Shown here in pieces: positions 9,851-19,836 of a DNA stretch of 64,000 nt. The position numbers were made by a program, and so were the translations under genes. The stretch comes from Aridibacter sp. (GTDB taxonomy: Bacteria > Acidobacteriota > Blastocatellia > Pyrinomonadales > Pyrinomonadaceae), in the NCBI GenBank assembly GCA_965216195.1, contig OZ244151.1, forward strand, positions 2,510,761 through 2,574,760, written 5' to 3'. The notes beneath the pieces are model-generated. The model worked only from the letters and a program-made list of their open reading frames with translations, did no database searches and was not told where the DNA came from. Numbering within the stretch: the stretch's first letter is position 1; every line of letters begins with the position of its first letter.

Positions 9851-10389
9851 GGCATTTCTACCAACACGTCCGTCAGGGTCTCCACTACTGAAAGCAGCTG
9901 TTTTCCCGAATTAGTAAACTGGCCGTCAATGGCGAGATCTTCCGCCTCTGCGGTGGCACCAATTATCCCCTGAATATGCTTTAGGTAAGGTTTAAGGGCC
10001 GGGTTCGTTCGAAAGGATATTTCGAGTTTGACGAGTCCGGAGCGAAGCGCTCTTATACTCCGCATTATGTCGCTCTTAAAACCGGCATTTTTTGCCGCCA
10101 ATTCTTTCGAAGCTTTTCCAGCTTTTACTTCCTTGTCAATTTCCTCAATTCCTGACGCAACGCCACCCAAAACAAAAACGAATTTTGTTACATTTTTTAT
10201 TTGAATCGCAACATCTTCCGCTCCTTTTCGGCGATCTGCGACCAAAGTGCTCGATTTTTTAGCGGTCGCTCGTTTCCGCTTCGAACGAGACCTCCTCTGA
10301 CCTTCAGCCTCAATACTCATCCCCGCAATCAACGCAAATACAAACCCAATCACAATCAAATTTCCAAAATTCGCTTTTCTTATCATCAT
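9847..10389 (-). CDS. Secreted hypothetical protein
   Basis: I placed the start at the ATGATG at 10389, preceded by AAGAGGG. The longer ORF to 10587 would overlap lipB. TM/signal segment MMIRKANFGNLIVIGFVFALIAGMSIEA. Confidence 0.6.
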   Translation of the reverse strand: MMIRKANFGNLIVIGFVFALIAGMSIEAEGQRRSRSKRKRATAKKSSTLVADRRKGAEDVAIQIKNVTKFVFVLGGVASGIEEIDKEVKAGKASKELAAKNAGFKSDIMRSIRALRSGLVKLEISFRTNPALKPYLKHIQGIIGATAEAEDLAIDGQFTNSGKQLLSVVETLTDVLVEMP

Positions 10390-10439
10390 TCCCTCTTTGC
10401 TAGAACGTTCTTGTAATTTTACAATCTTATCTATAGAAG

Positions 10440-11120
10440 ATGAAAGAAAGGGTGTTAAAAGTTCGCCGTCTTGGGCGTTTTGGCTATTCTGACGGTTTAA
10501 ACTTGCAGGAGAAACTCGAGAGCGAAGTAATCGAAAAACGAGCGGAGGATTATCTGCTTTTGCTCGAACACCCGCACACTTACACACTTGGACGCAGGGC
10601 GAAAAGCGGTGCGGGCGTTTTGGCTACTTCTGAGGTTCTAAAGAAACTCGGAGCGGAAGTTTATGAGATCAACCGCGGCGGAAAAGTTACTTATCATGGA
10701 ATCGGACAGATCGTCGGATATCCGGTAATTTCTTTAACCCCGGATCGTGAAGATGTCCATAAGTATGTCCGTGATCTTGAAGAAGTTTTGATCAAGACAC
10801 TAGCAGAATACGATATAGCAGCCTTTCGTTTAGAAGGACTTACGGGTGTACACACGAAGGACGGAAAGGTTGCCGCGATTGGAGTTCACATAAAACGCTG
10901 GGTAACGACACACGGGTTTGCTCTGAATGTAAACACGGATCTCAGTTATTATAACTGGATAATTTCGTGCGAAGGTGAGCCGGTTACAACGATGGAACAG
11001 ATTTTGGGCGAAGAAATTGAGTTAAAAAAAATTGAAGACAGATTGATTAGAAATTTTGCGGATGTTTTTAATGTAAAAGAAGTATTTGAAGAACCTGCGG
11101 AGAAAACGGCAAAAGTTTAA
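10440..11120 (+). CDS. lipB: Lipoyl(octanoyl) transferase
   Basis: LLLEHPHTYTLGRR and NRGGKVTYHGIGQIVGYP are LipB hallmark segments. Confidence 0.9.
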   Translation: MKERVLKVRRLGRFGYSDGLNLQEKLESEVIEKRAEDYLLLLEHPHTYTLGRRAKSGAGVLATSEVLKKLGAEVYEINRGGKVTYHGIGQIVGYPVISLTPDREDVHKYVRDLEEVLIKTLAEYDIAAFRLEGLTGVHTKDGKVAAIGVHIKRWVTTHGFALNVNTDLSYYNWIISCEGEPVTTMEQILGEEIELKKIEDRLIRNFADVFNVKEVFEEPAEKTAKV

Positions 11121-11194
11121 AATTTCAATGACTGATCCTTTTGTTTCCGAACAGGGCGGTCTTTTTTAGTTAGAAGGCGATAAAATGTTTGGGT

Positions 11195-11325
11195 ATGAAA
11201 AAGAAAGTGGTGTTTAAGCATTACGATCAGAGACAGGCGAGTTTCGCTGCCGCCAAGTTATGGGGAGACGGACCCTGAGAATCATGCGGTGAAGGGGTAA
11301 ACAAGATTACGGCTCGGGGGTTAAT
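11195..11325 (+). pseudogene. Frameshifted N-terminal remnant of an IS1182/IS5-like transposase
   Basis: Frame A reads MKKKVVFKHYDQRQASF. Frame B continues SLPPSYGETDPENHAVKG. Together they resemble the ...FKPYxQxQ..LLPPSL.E.IPE.H.VR... N-terminus of this transposase family. Stops occur in all frames shortly after. Confidence 0.5.
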
Positions 11326-11592
11326 TCGGACTTCTTGAATCATAGCCGCCGCCATTTATGGCGCGGTAAATAGCGACCGGAAATTGAAGGGCGTTTGAAC
11401 GTCCTTCCAATAAAGGCTTTAGCCAAACCCAAAAGAACGCTAAAGCGCCCTTTAGTTTTTTTTAACGAACTGGTCGCCAAGCCGTAAACGGCATGGCTAT
11501 GTGCCGCTTCGCGGGATTACGTCGAATTGTTTGAAATCGTAGCAGCGCCCTTAGCGCGGATCAGGGCTAACTCGGACTTATTGAATTCATAC
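11317..11592. repeat. Cluster of short GC-rich hairpins (REP-like) bounded by ~28-bp direct repeats
   Basis: Direct repeats are GGGGTTAATTCGGACTTCTTGAATCATA (11317-11344) and GGGCTAACTCGGACTTATTGAATTCATA (11564-11592). Between them lie the palindromes CGCCATTTATGGCG, GAAGGGCG..CGTCCTTC, GGCTTTAGCC, CTAAAGCGCCCTTTAG and GCCAAGCCGTAAACGGCATGGC. Confidence 0.55.
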
Positions 11593-11676
11593 ATATTTCA
11601 AGAATCAGTACCCACGTCGAAAACGACGTCGCTAATTTAGAAGAAGCCGCATTGGTGCGACCAGGATAAACAAACT

Positions 11677-12582
11677 ATGAAATTTGGGAAATTATTTATT
11701 TTACTAATTACACTTTCAATATTTTTGGCGTGCGGTACTGCTACCGAAACGAAGAAAGTCGATAAACCGGAAGAAAAAGCCGAGGAAGTTGGAATGTCAG
11801 TTGTAGAACGTCCGGATACGATTGTCGCCAAAATGAAAGAGCGTGGCGATCAAGATAAAGCTGAGCCGGAATTGGTTGTCGAATCGCCTAAAGAAGGCGA
11901 AACGATCAACAGCTCGACCGTAAGGGTGAAAGTTTCCGTGAAGGGTGGTCTAAAAATGGGCAAAGACGACGCGGGAACGGGCAATCATGTACACGTAATT
12001 TTGGATAATCAGCCTTATGCCGCTCATTATATGTGGGATGAGGGCTTTGAATTGCGCAATGTTTCCGACGGCGAACACACTTTAAGAATGTTTGCTTCGC
12101 GCCCTTGGCATGAGAGCTACAAAAACGAAAAGGCTTTCAAAACAATTAAATTCACTGTCAAAAACGGAAAATCGGACGAAACAAAACCAACTACTGACGA
12201 GAACGGTAGGAAATTAGCCGAGGAAAAAAAAGCAGAAGGAACCGACGTTAAGGAAAGTTCCGCGGGACCGGTCGATTCTTCGAAACCGCTTCTCACATAC
12301 AGCCGTCCGAAAGGCGAATACAAAGGCGAAAATGCCGAAGCGATAATGATTGATTTTTGGCTCGCAAACGCTAAACTCGTCGGCGATGGTGGAGAATATC
12401 GGGTCCGTTATTCGATAAATGGCGGAGATCCCAAAATGATTGAAAAATGGGAGCCGTTTTGGCTTAAGGGTTGGAAGGAAGGTAAAAACACGGTCAAACT
12501 CGAACTCGTAGATAAAGATGGAAAACCTTTTGAAAATGGAGCGTATAATTCTACGACCAGAGAAATAACCGTTGAGAAATAG
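11677..12582 (+). CDS. Lipoprotein, function unknown
   Basis: Lipobox LSIFLACG after a hydrophobic N-terminus, then a Lys/Glu-rich linker. GNHVHVILDN segment present. No enzyme motif recognised. Confidence 0.75.
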   Translation: MKFGKLFILLITLSIFLACGTATETKKVDKPEEKAEEVGMSVVERPDTIVAKMKERGDQDKAEPELVVESPKEGETINSSTVRVKVSVKGGLKMGKDDAGTGNHVHVILDNQPYAAHYMWDEGFELRNVSDGEHTLRMFASRPWHESYKNEKAFKTIKFTVKNGKSDETKPTTDENGRKLAEEKKAEGTDVKESSAGPVDSSKPLLTYSRPKGEYKGENAEAIMIDFWLANAKLVGDGGEYRVRYSINGGDPKMIEKWEPFWLKGWKEGKNTVKLELVDKDGKPFENGAYNSTTREITVEK

Positions 12583-12638
12583 AGGAATGGCCCTGCCGCC
12601 TGACGCACGAAAAGTCTAAGACTTTTAAGGAAAGGAGC

Positions 12639-13463
12639 TTGTTAGCGTACGAGGCTGAGCCTCGTTTCCTAGGGAAACTGGACGGAAATGCAAAACCGTT
12701 TCGGCCCGGGATATGTTTTGAGATTATGCGAAGAGAAATTACATCGTGGTATAGCCACAACTTAGGAATGGATATGCCGCTAGTGGTTTACGGACATGCG
12801 GGTTATCCGCTTTTGATGTTCCCAACTGCCGCTGCGGATTTTTTGGAGTATGAAAGATTTCAGATGGTCGATGCGATTAAAGATTTCATCGACTCGGGGT
12901 TGATTCGCGCCTTTTCGATAAATTCGGTCAACAAATATAGCCTTCTTAACCGCGAATCGCATCCTGGCTGGAAGGTCGAAATGCTATCGCGTTATGACCG
13001 ATATTTAATCGACGAAGTGTTGCCATTCATCCGAAACGAATGTGGCAGTGATGCAAAACCGCTCACAACTGGTGCATCGCTTGGTGCATATTTAGCCGCA
13101 AATACCTATTTCAAACACTCCGACAACTTTCGTGGAACAATAGCGATGAGCGGAAGCTACGATATCTATAACTATCTCGATAAGGGTTATTACGATGACA
13201 ATGTCTATTTCAATAATCCAATGATGTATATGAAGAATCTAAACGACGATTATCATATGCCGCGGCTCCGAAGTGCGGATTCGATTGTGATTTCAACCGG
13301 ACAAGGAGACTTCGAAGCACCTGATAGAAGCCGCGATCTTTCCGGACTCCTTCATTCAAAGGGAATTCCGCACTGGCTCGACGTCTGGGGCCACGACATT
13401 CCGCATGACTGGGACTCGTGGAGGAAGATGCTGCCTTACTATCTAGGCAAATTTTGTGATTAA
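12639..13463 (+). CDS. Esterase-family alpha/beta hydrolase (start uncertain)
   Basis: PLLMFPTAAADFLEYE... and the nucleophile-elbow-like GASLGAY. The TTG start at 12639 lies only 1 nt after GGAG, so the true start may be internal. Confidence 0.7.
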   Translation: MLAYEAEPRFLGKLDGNAKPFRPGICFEIMRREITSWYSHNLGMDMPLVVYGHAGYPLLMFPTAAADFLEYERFQMVDAIKDFIDSGLIRAFSINSVNKYSLLNRESHPGWKVEMLSRYDRYLIDEVLPFIRNECGSDAKPLTTGASLGAYLAANTYFKHSDNFRGTIAMSGSYDIYNYLDKGYYDDNVYFNNPMMYMKNLNDDYHMPRLRSADSIVISTGQGDFEAPDRSRDLSGLLHSKGIPHWLDVWGHDIPHDWDSWRKMLPYYLGKFCD

Positions 13464-13523
13464 GTTAAAATATTTATAAACCGACCGAAAACTTAAAAGC
13501 TTCGCTCTTTCTTTTTGACGCTC

Positions 13524-13561
13524 AAAGAAAAATTCGGCTCGAGATTCTACCCCGGCCGAAT
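13524..13561 (-). terminator. Possible terminator after mrcA
   Basis: ATTCGGC (13532-13538) pairs with GCCGAAT (13555-13561). On the minus strand a TTTTTCTTT tract follows. Confidence 0.4.
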
Positions 13562-13586
13562 CCTACTTACACCCTACTTCCAATAC

Positions 13587-16178
13587 CTAGCCGTCACCCT
13601 TCTTACCCTTTCGCCTTGTACCTTTCTTCGGCGTCGGTTTGGGAGTTGGAGTGCGCCTCGGAGTTTTTCTAATCACCGGTTTAGGGGTTACCTTAAGCTT
13701 GGGTGGAGCCGTGATATCTACTTTAGGTTGCGTTGTCGTCTCTGTTTCTGTTGGTTCACCACCCTCGGGATCGGTTGTGCTGGTGGTTTTAGGCGTTGAT
13801 TTCTTACCACCGTTCGAGGTTTTCTTCCTGCCCGCATACGTAGATCCAAGTTTTTTCCTATTCTCGTCTAGCTTTTCGAGTTTTTCCAACTGCTCACGTT
13901 TTCGTTGATCAACCTTTGCCTTGATCTCCGCGGGCACCTTAGGTGGTTTTGGGAATTTGACATTTGGTTTGCCCTTCATAAATCGGCTCATGAAAGCGTT
14001 GAAATACGGCAAGGCGCCGCCGCCGCCGGTCATTCCTTTTCCTAGAGAGGATTTCCGCTTCGGATTGCCCATCCAAACCCCAGTCACATATTCGGGCGTA
14101 TAGCCGATAAACCAAACATCTGTGTGATCGTTTACGGTTCCCGTTTTTCCTGCGAGTTGATGTCCGCCGGCACTTGCTCGAGGAGCCGTTCCGCCACCGC
14201 GAGTGACTCCGCGCATCATATCGACCATCGTCAGCGCCACGTATTCGCTTGTAACTTTTGTACTCGTTTTTCTCCACTCTTCAAGGACTTTGCCGTCACG
14301 GTCCAATACTTTCCTGATCAGATGGGGTTGCATCCGTACGCCCCTATTAGGAAAGGTGGAATACGCGGAAACCATCTCAACCAAGGCAGCTTCACTTGCA
14401 CCCAGAGCCGATGGCAAGCTCGGTGCCATAGGGTTTGTGATTCCAAGTCGACGAACCATCTGCGCACCTTTTTGAATTCCCACCTGCTGAAGCAAATGGA
14501 CCGCCGCAAGGTTGTATGATTTCGCAAGTGCCGTCTTCATCGGGACATTGGCGTGGCTAATCGTGCCGTTATAGTTATGTGGCTGCCAACCTCCTCTTCG
14601 AATCGGGGCGCCGCTCACAATTGTCTCCGGCGTAAAGCCATCCTCTACCGCAGCTGCGTAAACAAACGGCTTGTAACACGAGCCAGTTTGCCGCAGCCCT
14701 TGTGTGGCGTTATTAAATTTGCTCGTATGAAAATCATAACCGCCAACCATCGCCACGATTTCCCCGGTTTTAGCATTAATTGTAGTAATAGCAGCCTGCA
14801 CTTCCGGGGGTTGGGTCAGTTTCACCTGAAGAGTTTCGTTCTCGTCATCGACCTCAAGCACCTCAAATTCCGCTAAATACCCGGCTTTGAGTTCGCGCGA
14901 AGGAGTTTTTCCGCTCCGTTGCGTTTCCTTGGATGTTAATTTCGCGGTGTATTTCCCAAAACGAACGTCAGCTGAATCATCACTCTTGTTGATTTTCATC
15001 ACCAAGCCTTTGATAAATTCTCCCTTTCGAAATTCGTCACCATACCAATCGGCGTGCTTAAAACTTCTAAGTTTAAGCTCGATCTGTTTAGGGTCTGTCA
15101 AAGGGTCGTTGTTCTGGTCCGTCAAAACGTCCAAATACTCTGAGCGCCACTTTCGGTTGCGGTCATAAGTCCGCAACCTTTTGCGAACAACACTCGTTGC
15201 AATTTGCTGAGCTTCAACATTAATTGTTGTGTAAACCTGAAGTCCCCCGAGAGCTACACGGGTTGTATATTTGTTGTCGAGATATTTTCTAACTTCCTCA
15301 ACCGGATAATCCCAGGCAGTAGATTTCGGCAGCGATTGATAATAAGCAGAATCTGCGAGCACTATCGGTCTCGACTTCGCAGCGTTTGCTTCAGCCTGCG
15401 AAATGTATCCATATTTTGCCATTTGATCCAAGACGATATTCCTACGCTCTTTCGCCTTCTTCATATTTCGCGTCGGCGAAAAATCCGATGGTGCCTTTGG
15501 AATCGCAGCAAGCATCGCAGCTTCTTCAAGATTGAGATCCTTTAGTGTTTTACCAAAATATGTACGCGAACCAGCTTCAAAACCGTATGCCCCGGCACCT
15601 AAGAAAATGTAGTTCATATACATTTCGAGAATCTGCCGTTTTGTGTAAAAGCGTTCGATCTCAAGAGCCATCAACCACTCATTGAATTTCCTGGTGTAGG
15701 TCTGGTCGGTGGAAAGGAAGAGATTCTTCGTAAGCTGCTGGGTAATCGTTGAGGCCCCTTCCTTGCTGCCAGTCGTAACATTTTTCAAAATGGCGCCGCC
15801 GAGACGATAAGGATCGACGCCCATATGATCGTAAAACCTTATATCCTCGATCGATAGAAGCGCATTTTCAACAACCTTAGGAATGTCCTTTTCCTTGATC
15901 GGGATTCTTTTTTCAATAGCGAATTCAGCCAAGATGGTCTCACCATCATCGGCATAAATTTTTGTAACCTGGGGCGGACGATATGTAGCGAGCGCCGACA
16001 CCTCAGTGGCGTAACGCGAATTGTTTAGGTAATAAGAGCCAAGTATTCCCGTCAGACCACCAGCAGAAAGAGCTAACATTAAAGCCAGCGGAAACCAAAC
16101 TATGGTCCAAAAATTCCTCTTCTTTTTGGGAACGGATTTAACTTCTTTCGACTCAAAAATACTTGTATCTTTTGCCAT
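13587..16178 (-). CDS. mrcA: Class A penicillin-binding protein (transglycosylase + transpeptidase) with Lys/Pro/Thr-rich C-terminal tail
   Basis: GT51 motifs IEDIRFYDHMG and GASTITQQ. Transpeptidase motifs SCYK and KTGT. The last ~110 aa are low-complexity K/P/T. Confidence 0.92.
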   Translation of the reverse strand: MAKDTSIFESKEVKSVPKKKRNFWTIVWFPLALMLALSAGGLTGILGSYYLNNSRYATEVSALATYRPPQVTKIYADDGETILAEFAIEKRIPIKEKDIPKVVENALLSIEDIRFYDHMGVDPYRLGGAILKNVTTGSKEGASTITQQLTKNLFLSTDQTYTRKFNEWLMALEIERFYTKRQILEMYMNYIFLGAGAYGFEAGSRTYFGKTLKDLNLEEAAMLAAIPKAPSDFSPTRNMKKAKERRNIVLDQMAKYGYISQAEANAAKSRPIVLADSAYYQSLPKSTAWDYPVEEVRKYLDNKYTTRVALGGLQVYTTINVEAQQIATSVVRKRLRTYDRNRKWRSEYLDVLTDQNNDPLTDPKQIELKLRSFKHADWYGDEFRKGEFIKGLVMKINKSDDSADVRFGKYTAKLTSKETQRSGKTPSRELKAGYLAEFEVLEVDDENETLQVKLTQPPEVQAAITTINAKTGEIVAMVGGYDFHTSKFNNATQGLRQTGSCYKPFVYAAAVEDGFTPETIVSGAPIRRGGWQPHNYNGTISHANVPMKTALAKSYNLAAVHLLQQVGIQKGAQMVRRLGITNPMAPSLPSALGASEAALVEMVSAYSTFPNRGVRMQPHLIRKVLDRDGKVLEEWRKTSTKVTSEYVALTMVDMMRGVTRGGGTAPRASAGGHQLAGKTGTVNDHTDVWFIGYTPEYVTGVWMGNPKRKSSLGKGMTGGGGALPYFNAFMSRFMKGKPNVKFPKPPKVPAEIKAKVDQRKREQLEKLEKLDENRKKLGSTYAGRKKTSNGGKKSTPKTTSTTDPEGGEPTETETTTQPKVDITAPPKLKVTPKPVIRKTPRRTPTPKPTPKKGTRRKGKKGDG

Positions 16179-16189
16179 ACAAAAAACTC

Positions 16190-17311
16190 CTAATTGACAA
16201 ATCGTCTCATTTTAACACTTATAACAAATCCAATTGCTATAAAGGTAGATAATATCGCAGAAAGTCCCGAGCTCATAAGCGGCAAAGGCACGCCTATCAC
16301 CGGTAAAAAACCCAAAACCATTCCGACGTTAATAAAAATTTGAAAGGTCATACCGCCTGCAATGGCCATAATTACAATCATCCCTACGCGATCGGGCGAC
16401 TGCCTTGCACCAACAATTAAACGAGATAAAAGCAGCGCGTAGGCGAGCAACAGGGAAACACACCCAACAAACCCTGTGTTTTCAGCAGTTACGGCAAAAA
16501 TGAAATCGGTATGCGGTTCGGGGAGAAACTTGAGCTCGCTCTGCGAAACACCCTTATCACCCTTGATACCGGTAAGCCTTCCCTTTCCTACGGTGATAAT
16601 CGATTGAAAAGTATGATAGCCATAACCTCTCGGATCCGCATTCTCGGGATCTAAAATCACCTCAATTCGCTGTCTCTGATAATCCTTGATCAAACCGGTT
16701 TGAACTCCAACTACATATGACGCCGGTATAAAAACAGCTGCTGCGACGAGGGTTATGAACACATATCGCATCCTCACGGCAGACAAGAAAAGTACGACTG
16801 CAAAAAGTGGCAAATACGTAATCGCCTGCCCTGAATCCGGTTCGAGCAGAATCAAAAATAGCGGTGCAGCCAGTATCCCGCATCCAATGACCAATTCCTT
16901 AAACCTGAGGGTGCCTAGTCTCCTGTTACCAAAATACCAAGCGAGCATCAATACAACCGGTATTTTTACAAACTCCGACGGTTGGAATCGCCCAATCAAC
17001 GGAACCTGTAGCCACGCTCTTTGCCCATTTATTTTGACACCCAATCCGGGAATTAAGACCAACATCAATAAAACCAGTCCGATTACGTAAAAGATCGGCG
17101 CAGAATCAACCAGCCGGCGATAATCAGTGACGGCAACCGCCGTCATAGCAATCAGAGCGATTACCAAACCGTAAATCTGTTTCGACCAGTAGGATTGATG
17201 AGGCTGAGCATTGTAAATCTGCCAAACTCCAAACGCGACAATCACCACCGCCAAAAAAGCAGTGAGCCAATCAAAATCCCTAAACTGTCTTTTTTCGATT
17301 ATCCCAACCAT
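16190..17311 (-). CDS. rodA: Rod shape-determining SEDS protein RodA
   Basis: Polytopic FtsW/RodA/SpoVE-family sequence (...PSEFVKI..., ...HTDFIFA...). It lies directly downstream of mrdA. Confidence 0.92.
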   Translation of the reverse strand: MVGIIEKRQFRDFDWLTAFLAVVIVAFGVWQIYNAQPHQSYWSKQIYGLVIALIAMTAVAVTDYRRLVDSAPIFYVIGLVLLMLVLIPGLGVKINGQRAWLQVPLIGRFQPSEFVKIPVVLMLAWYFGNRRLGTLRFKELVIGCGILAAPLFLILLEPDSGQAITYLPLFAVVLFLSAVRMRYVFITLVAAAVFIPASYVVGVQTGLIKDYQRQRIEVILDPENADPRGYGYHTFQSIITVGKGRLTGIKGDKGVSQSELKFLPEPHTDFIFAVTAENTGFVGCVSLLLAYALLLSRLIVGARQSPDRVGMIVIMAIAGGMTFQIFINVGMVLGFLPVIGVPLPLMSSGLSAILSTFIAIGFVISVKMRRFVN

Positions 17312-17318
17312 GTGTCAG

Positions 17319-19277
17319 TTAATCAGTCGCCTTCGCCACATTAGCGTCAGGGCTTGGAGATTCGGTCTCTTTCTTTTCTTCGTCCTTTCCTTCATCGTCA
17401 CCGTCTGTCATATCGACCGACGCAGGATTTAAATATGCCTGAAACACCTTTTTCACTGCAGGGCCAGCATGATTACCACCAAATCCTGCATTTTCAATAA
17501 TCGCGATAACGGAAAGCTCGGGATTGTAAGCGGGTGCAAACCCGACGAACCACGCATGGTCTTTGAGTTTCCCCTTATCCCTTCCAAGTTCCGTAACCTG
17601 CGCGGTACCGGTTTTTCCGGCGATTGGAAATCCCTTACCGATCGAAACATTCGTCGCTGTTCCACCAGCATTAACAACGCCGTACATTCCATCAAGAACG
17701 AGCTTGTTTTGTGCCTCGGTCATCTCAACGACCTTAAGCTCAGGGTGTTGGTAACTAACAGCCGGTTTTGCCTCTACAAAGTTAGCGGAATCCGCGTCAC
17801 CAACAGCGCCAATTTCCTTGAATTCTTTTAGCAAATGCGGCACGTATAATTTTCCCTCGACCCCGACACTAGAAATCGCACGAATCATGGAAATAGGTGT
17901 AACCCAGACCGTGACCTGACCAATCGATGCAAAAACCGTTTCAATATCGATCCAGCGGCCACCGTATTTTTCTTCAACCGATTTTCGGTAATACTTGGGC
18001 GTCCGGCTCGTTTTCTCGTTTGGAAGGTCAACGCCGGTCGGCTTATCGTATTCGAAGTCTTCGACCATCTTGATCAGCCCATCGATACCCATTTTGAGCG
18101 CGAGTCGATAGTAGTAACCGTCACACGATTTCGTTATTGCGTATCTCAACGGCGGCATACCGTGGCTGCCCATACAGCGGGTAAACTTGCTTCCGATTTT
18201 TATCCCGCCATTACAAAGCATTCTTGATTCATCGACCGTAATTACACCCTGCCTTAGAGCTGCAACGGATTCGGGAATTTTCCACGTCGAGCCCGGCGGA
18301 TACCTACCCTGAATCGCCCGATTGTAAAGCGGTCGTTCCTCATTCTGCCAATACGCGGCGATCTGTTTTCGACCTTCAGGGGTTGAGCTTCCCTGGACAA
18401 AAACGTTTGGGTCAAAAGCCGGAGCCGATGCCATCGCAATTATTTCTCCGTTGCGGGGATCAAGAGCAATAATCGCTCCTCGCTTCGTAGCCGAATTGGC
18501 AAGCTGCTGTTCGGCAGCTTTCTGGAGTCGTAAATCAATCGTCGTATATAAATCCTGTCCGGCCTGTGGCGGGACTGAGGCAATTTCGCTCTGTACCCGG
18601 CCGCGACTATCCACGATCACTTTTCGATAGCCCGGCGTTCCACGAAGCTGTTCGTCGTAATACTGTTCCAAACCGCCTTTCCCAAGAATGTCACCGGGAC
18701 GAAATCCCTTTTCCTGATACTCGGGTCGCTCGAGTTGCCGCGAACTGATTTCCCCTACATAACCAAGAACGTGTGAGAGTGTTTTTCCTTGCGGATAAAA
18801 TCTTTGGGGTTGGAGCTCAATCCGAAGCTCGGGGTACTCAACTGAATGGGTTTCGACCCAGGTTATGTCCTGAAGGGTGGCGTTTTCCTTGATCACCATC
18901 GTTTCGTAATCAGGCCGCTTTTTAAGTAATCCCAGCCTTTCAACCAAAAACTCGTTGTCAATTCCGAGCCCCTTCGCGTAATCGTCGATCCTGTCGGTTA
19001 CATCGATATTTTTGATCGGTTCGTTGTTGAGCGTCACATTGTAGGTAGAGCGTGAGTCCACCAACAAAATCCCATTTCGGTCAAAAATCGCACCACGTGG
19101 AGCCGGTATCTGAATAACCCTGATTCTCTGATTCTGCGCACGAGTGGCCAGATCTTCACCGCGGTTGATTTGCAGGTGGTAAAGACGCATTCCAAGAATC
19201 GCGAGCAAAATAAACCCCAGGATTTGAATTGTCGCGATCCGCGCGGAAAGGTTTTGTGAATAATCGTGCAAGTTCAT
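17319..19277 (-). CDS. mrdA: Penicillin-binding protein 2 (elongasome transpeptidase)
   Basis: N-terminal TM anchor. Motifs STWK, SCD and KTGTAQV. Lies between mreD and rodA. Confidence 0.92.
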   Translation of the reverse strand: MNLHDYSQNLSARIATIQILGFILLAILGMRLYHLQINRGEDLATRAQNQRIRVIQIPAPRGAIFDRNGILLVDSRSTYNVTLNNEPIKNIDVTDRIDDYAKGLGIDNEFLVERLGLLKKRPDYETMVIKENATLQDITWVETHSVEYPELRIELQPQRFYPQGKTLSHVLGYVGEISSRQLERPEYQEKGFRPGDILGKGGLEQYYDEQLRGTPGYRKVIVDSRGRVQSEIASVPPQAGQDLYTTIDLRLQKAAEQQLANSATKRGAIIALDPRNGEIIAMASAPAFDPNVFVQGSSTPEGRKQIAAYWQNEERPLYNRAIQGRYPPGSTWKIPESVAALRQGVITVDESRMLCNGGIKIGSKFTRCMGSHGMPPLRYAITKSCDGYYYRLALKMGIDGLIKMVEDFEYDKPTGVDLPNEKTSRTPKYYRKSVEEKYGGRWIDIETVFASIGQVTVWVTPISMIRAISSVGVEGKLYVPHLLKEFKEIGAVGDADSANFVEAKPAVSYQHPELKVVEMTEAQNKLVLDGMYGVVNAGGTATNVSIGKGFPIAGKTGTAQVTELGRDKGKLKDHAWFVGFAPAYNPELSVIAIIENAGFGGNHAGPAVKKVFQAYLNPASVDMTDGDDEGKDEEKKETESPSPDANVAKATD

Positions 19278-19278
19278 G

Positions 19279-19827
19279 CTACTTTCGTCCTAAACGTATC
19301 GGATTTCGGCGTCGGCTCTGCCTTCGGGGTGCGAAAAAATCCCGTTTCCGGCGTTTTAGGTTTTCCGATGAAAAACTATCTAAAAATAGATAAATGAAAG
19401 TTCCGGCGATCGTAGTACCGATGAGTGTGTACGCCATCGTTATGAACAGCGGGCTCAGAAGCTCCTGCTCTAGTAAACGGTGCATCCCAAAATAAACTAA
19501 ATCATCCAGCAAACAAGCACCTGCTATGACGGGTATCCTCAATAAAAGGTTGTCTAAGTAGACCCTGCGGGCAAGTTCTGAAACAACAAAAGCCACGAGC
19601 GTTTTCGAAAAACCATTGGCCCCCAAAAGACCTCCGCTTAGAGCGTCAACCGCGATTCCGGAAATCGTTCCAAAGAAAAGCGCTTTGATCGAATTTCGCT
19701 GAAGCGCCGCGTAAACAACGATAATTAGTGGAAAATCAATATAGGTAAGCGGCTCCGCAACGTTTCGAAGCGTCCATTGCAGAATAACCGCTACTATCAA
19801 TGCTATAGTGATTTTCAGATTTTCCAT
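19279..19827 (-). CDS. mreD: Rod shape-determining protein MreD
   Basis: Small polytopic membrane protein immediately after mreC. Confidence 0.8.
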   Translation of the reverse strand: MENLKITIALIVAVILQWTLRNVAEPLTYIDFPLIIVVYAALQRNSIKALFFGTISGIAVDALSGGLLGANGFSKTLVAFVVSELARRVYLDNLLLRIPVIAGACLLDDLVYFGMHRLLEQELLSPLFITMAYTLIGTTIAGTFIYLFLDSFSSENLKRRKRDFFAPRRQSRRRNPIRLGRK

Positions 19828-19836
19828 CTGTTAAAA

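Noticed and set aside
10390-10587. N-terminal 66-codon extension of the 9847 ORF, as given in the ORF track.
   Set aside because: The extension overlaps the lipB coding region on the other strand. The internal ATGATG at 10389 has an AAGAGGG site and begins a plausible signal peptide.
13639-13908. 89-aa plus-strand ORF, and other short ORFs overlapping the 3' end of mrcA.
   Set aside because: They are shadows of the low-complexity K/P/T tail region of the PBP gene. They lie antisense, with no start context.
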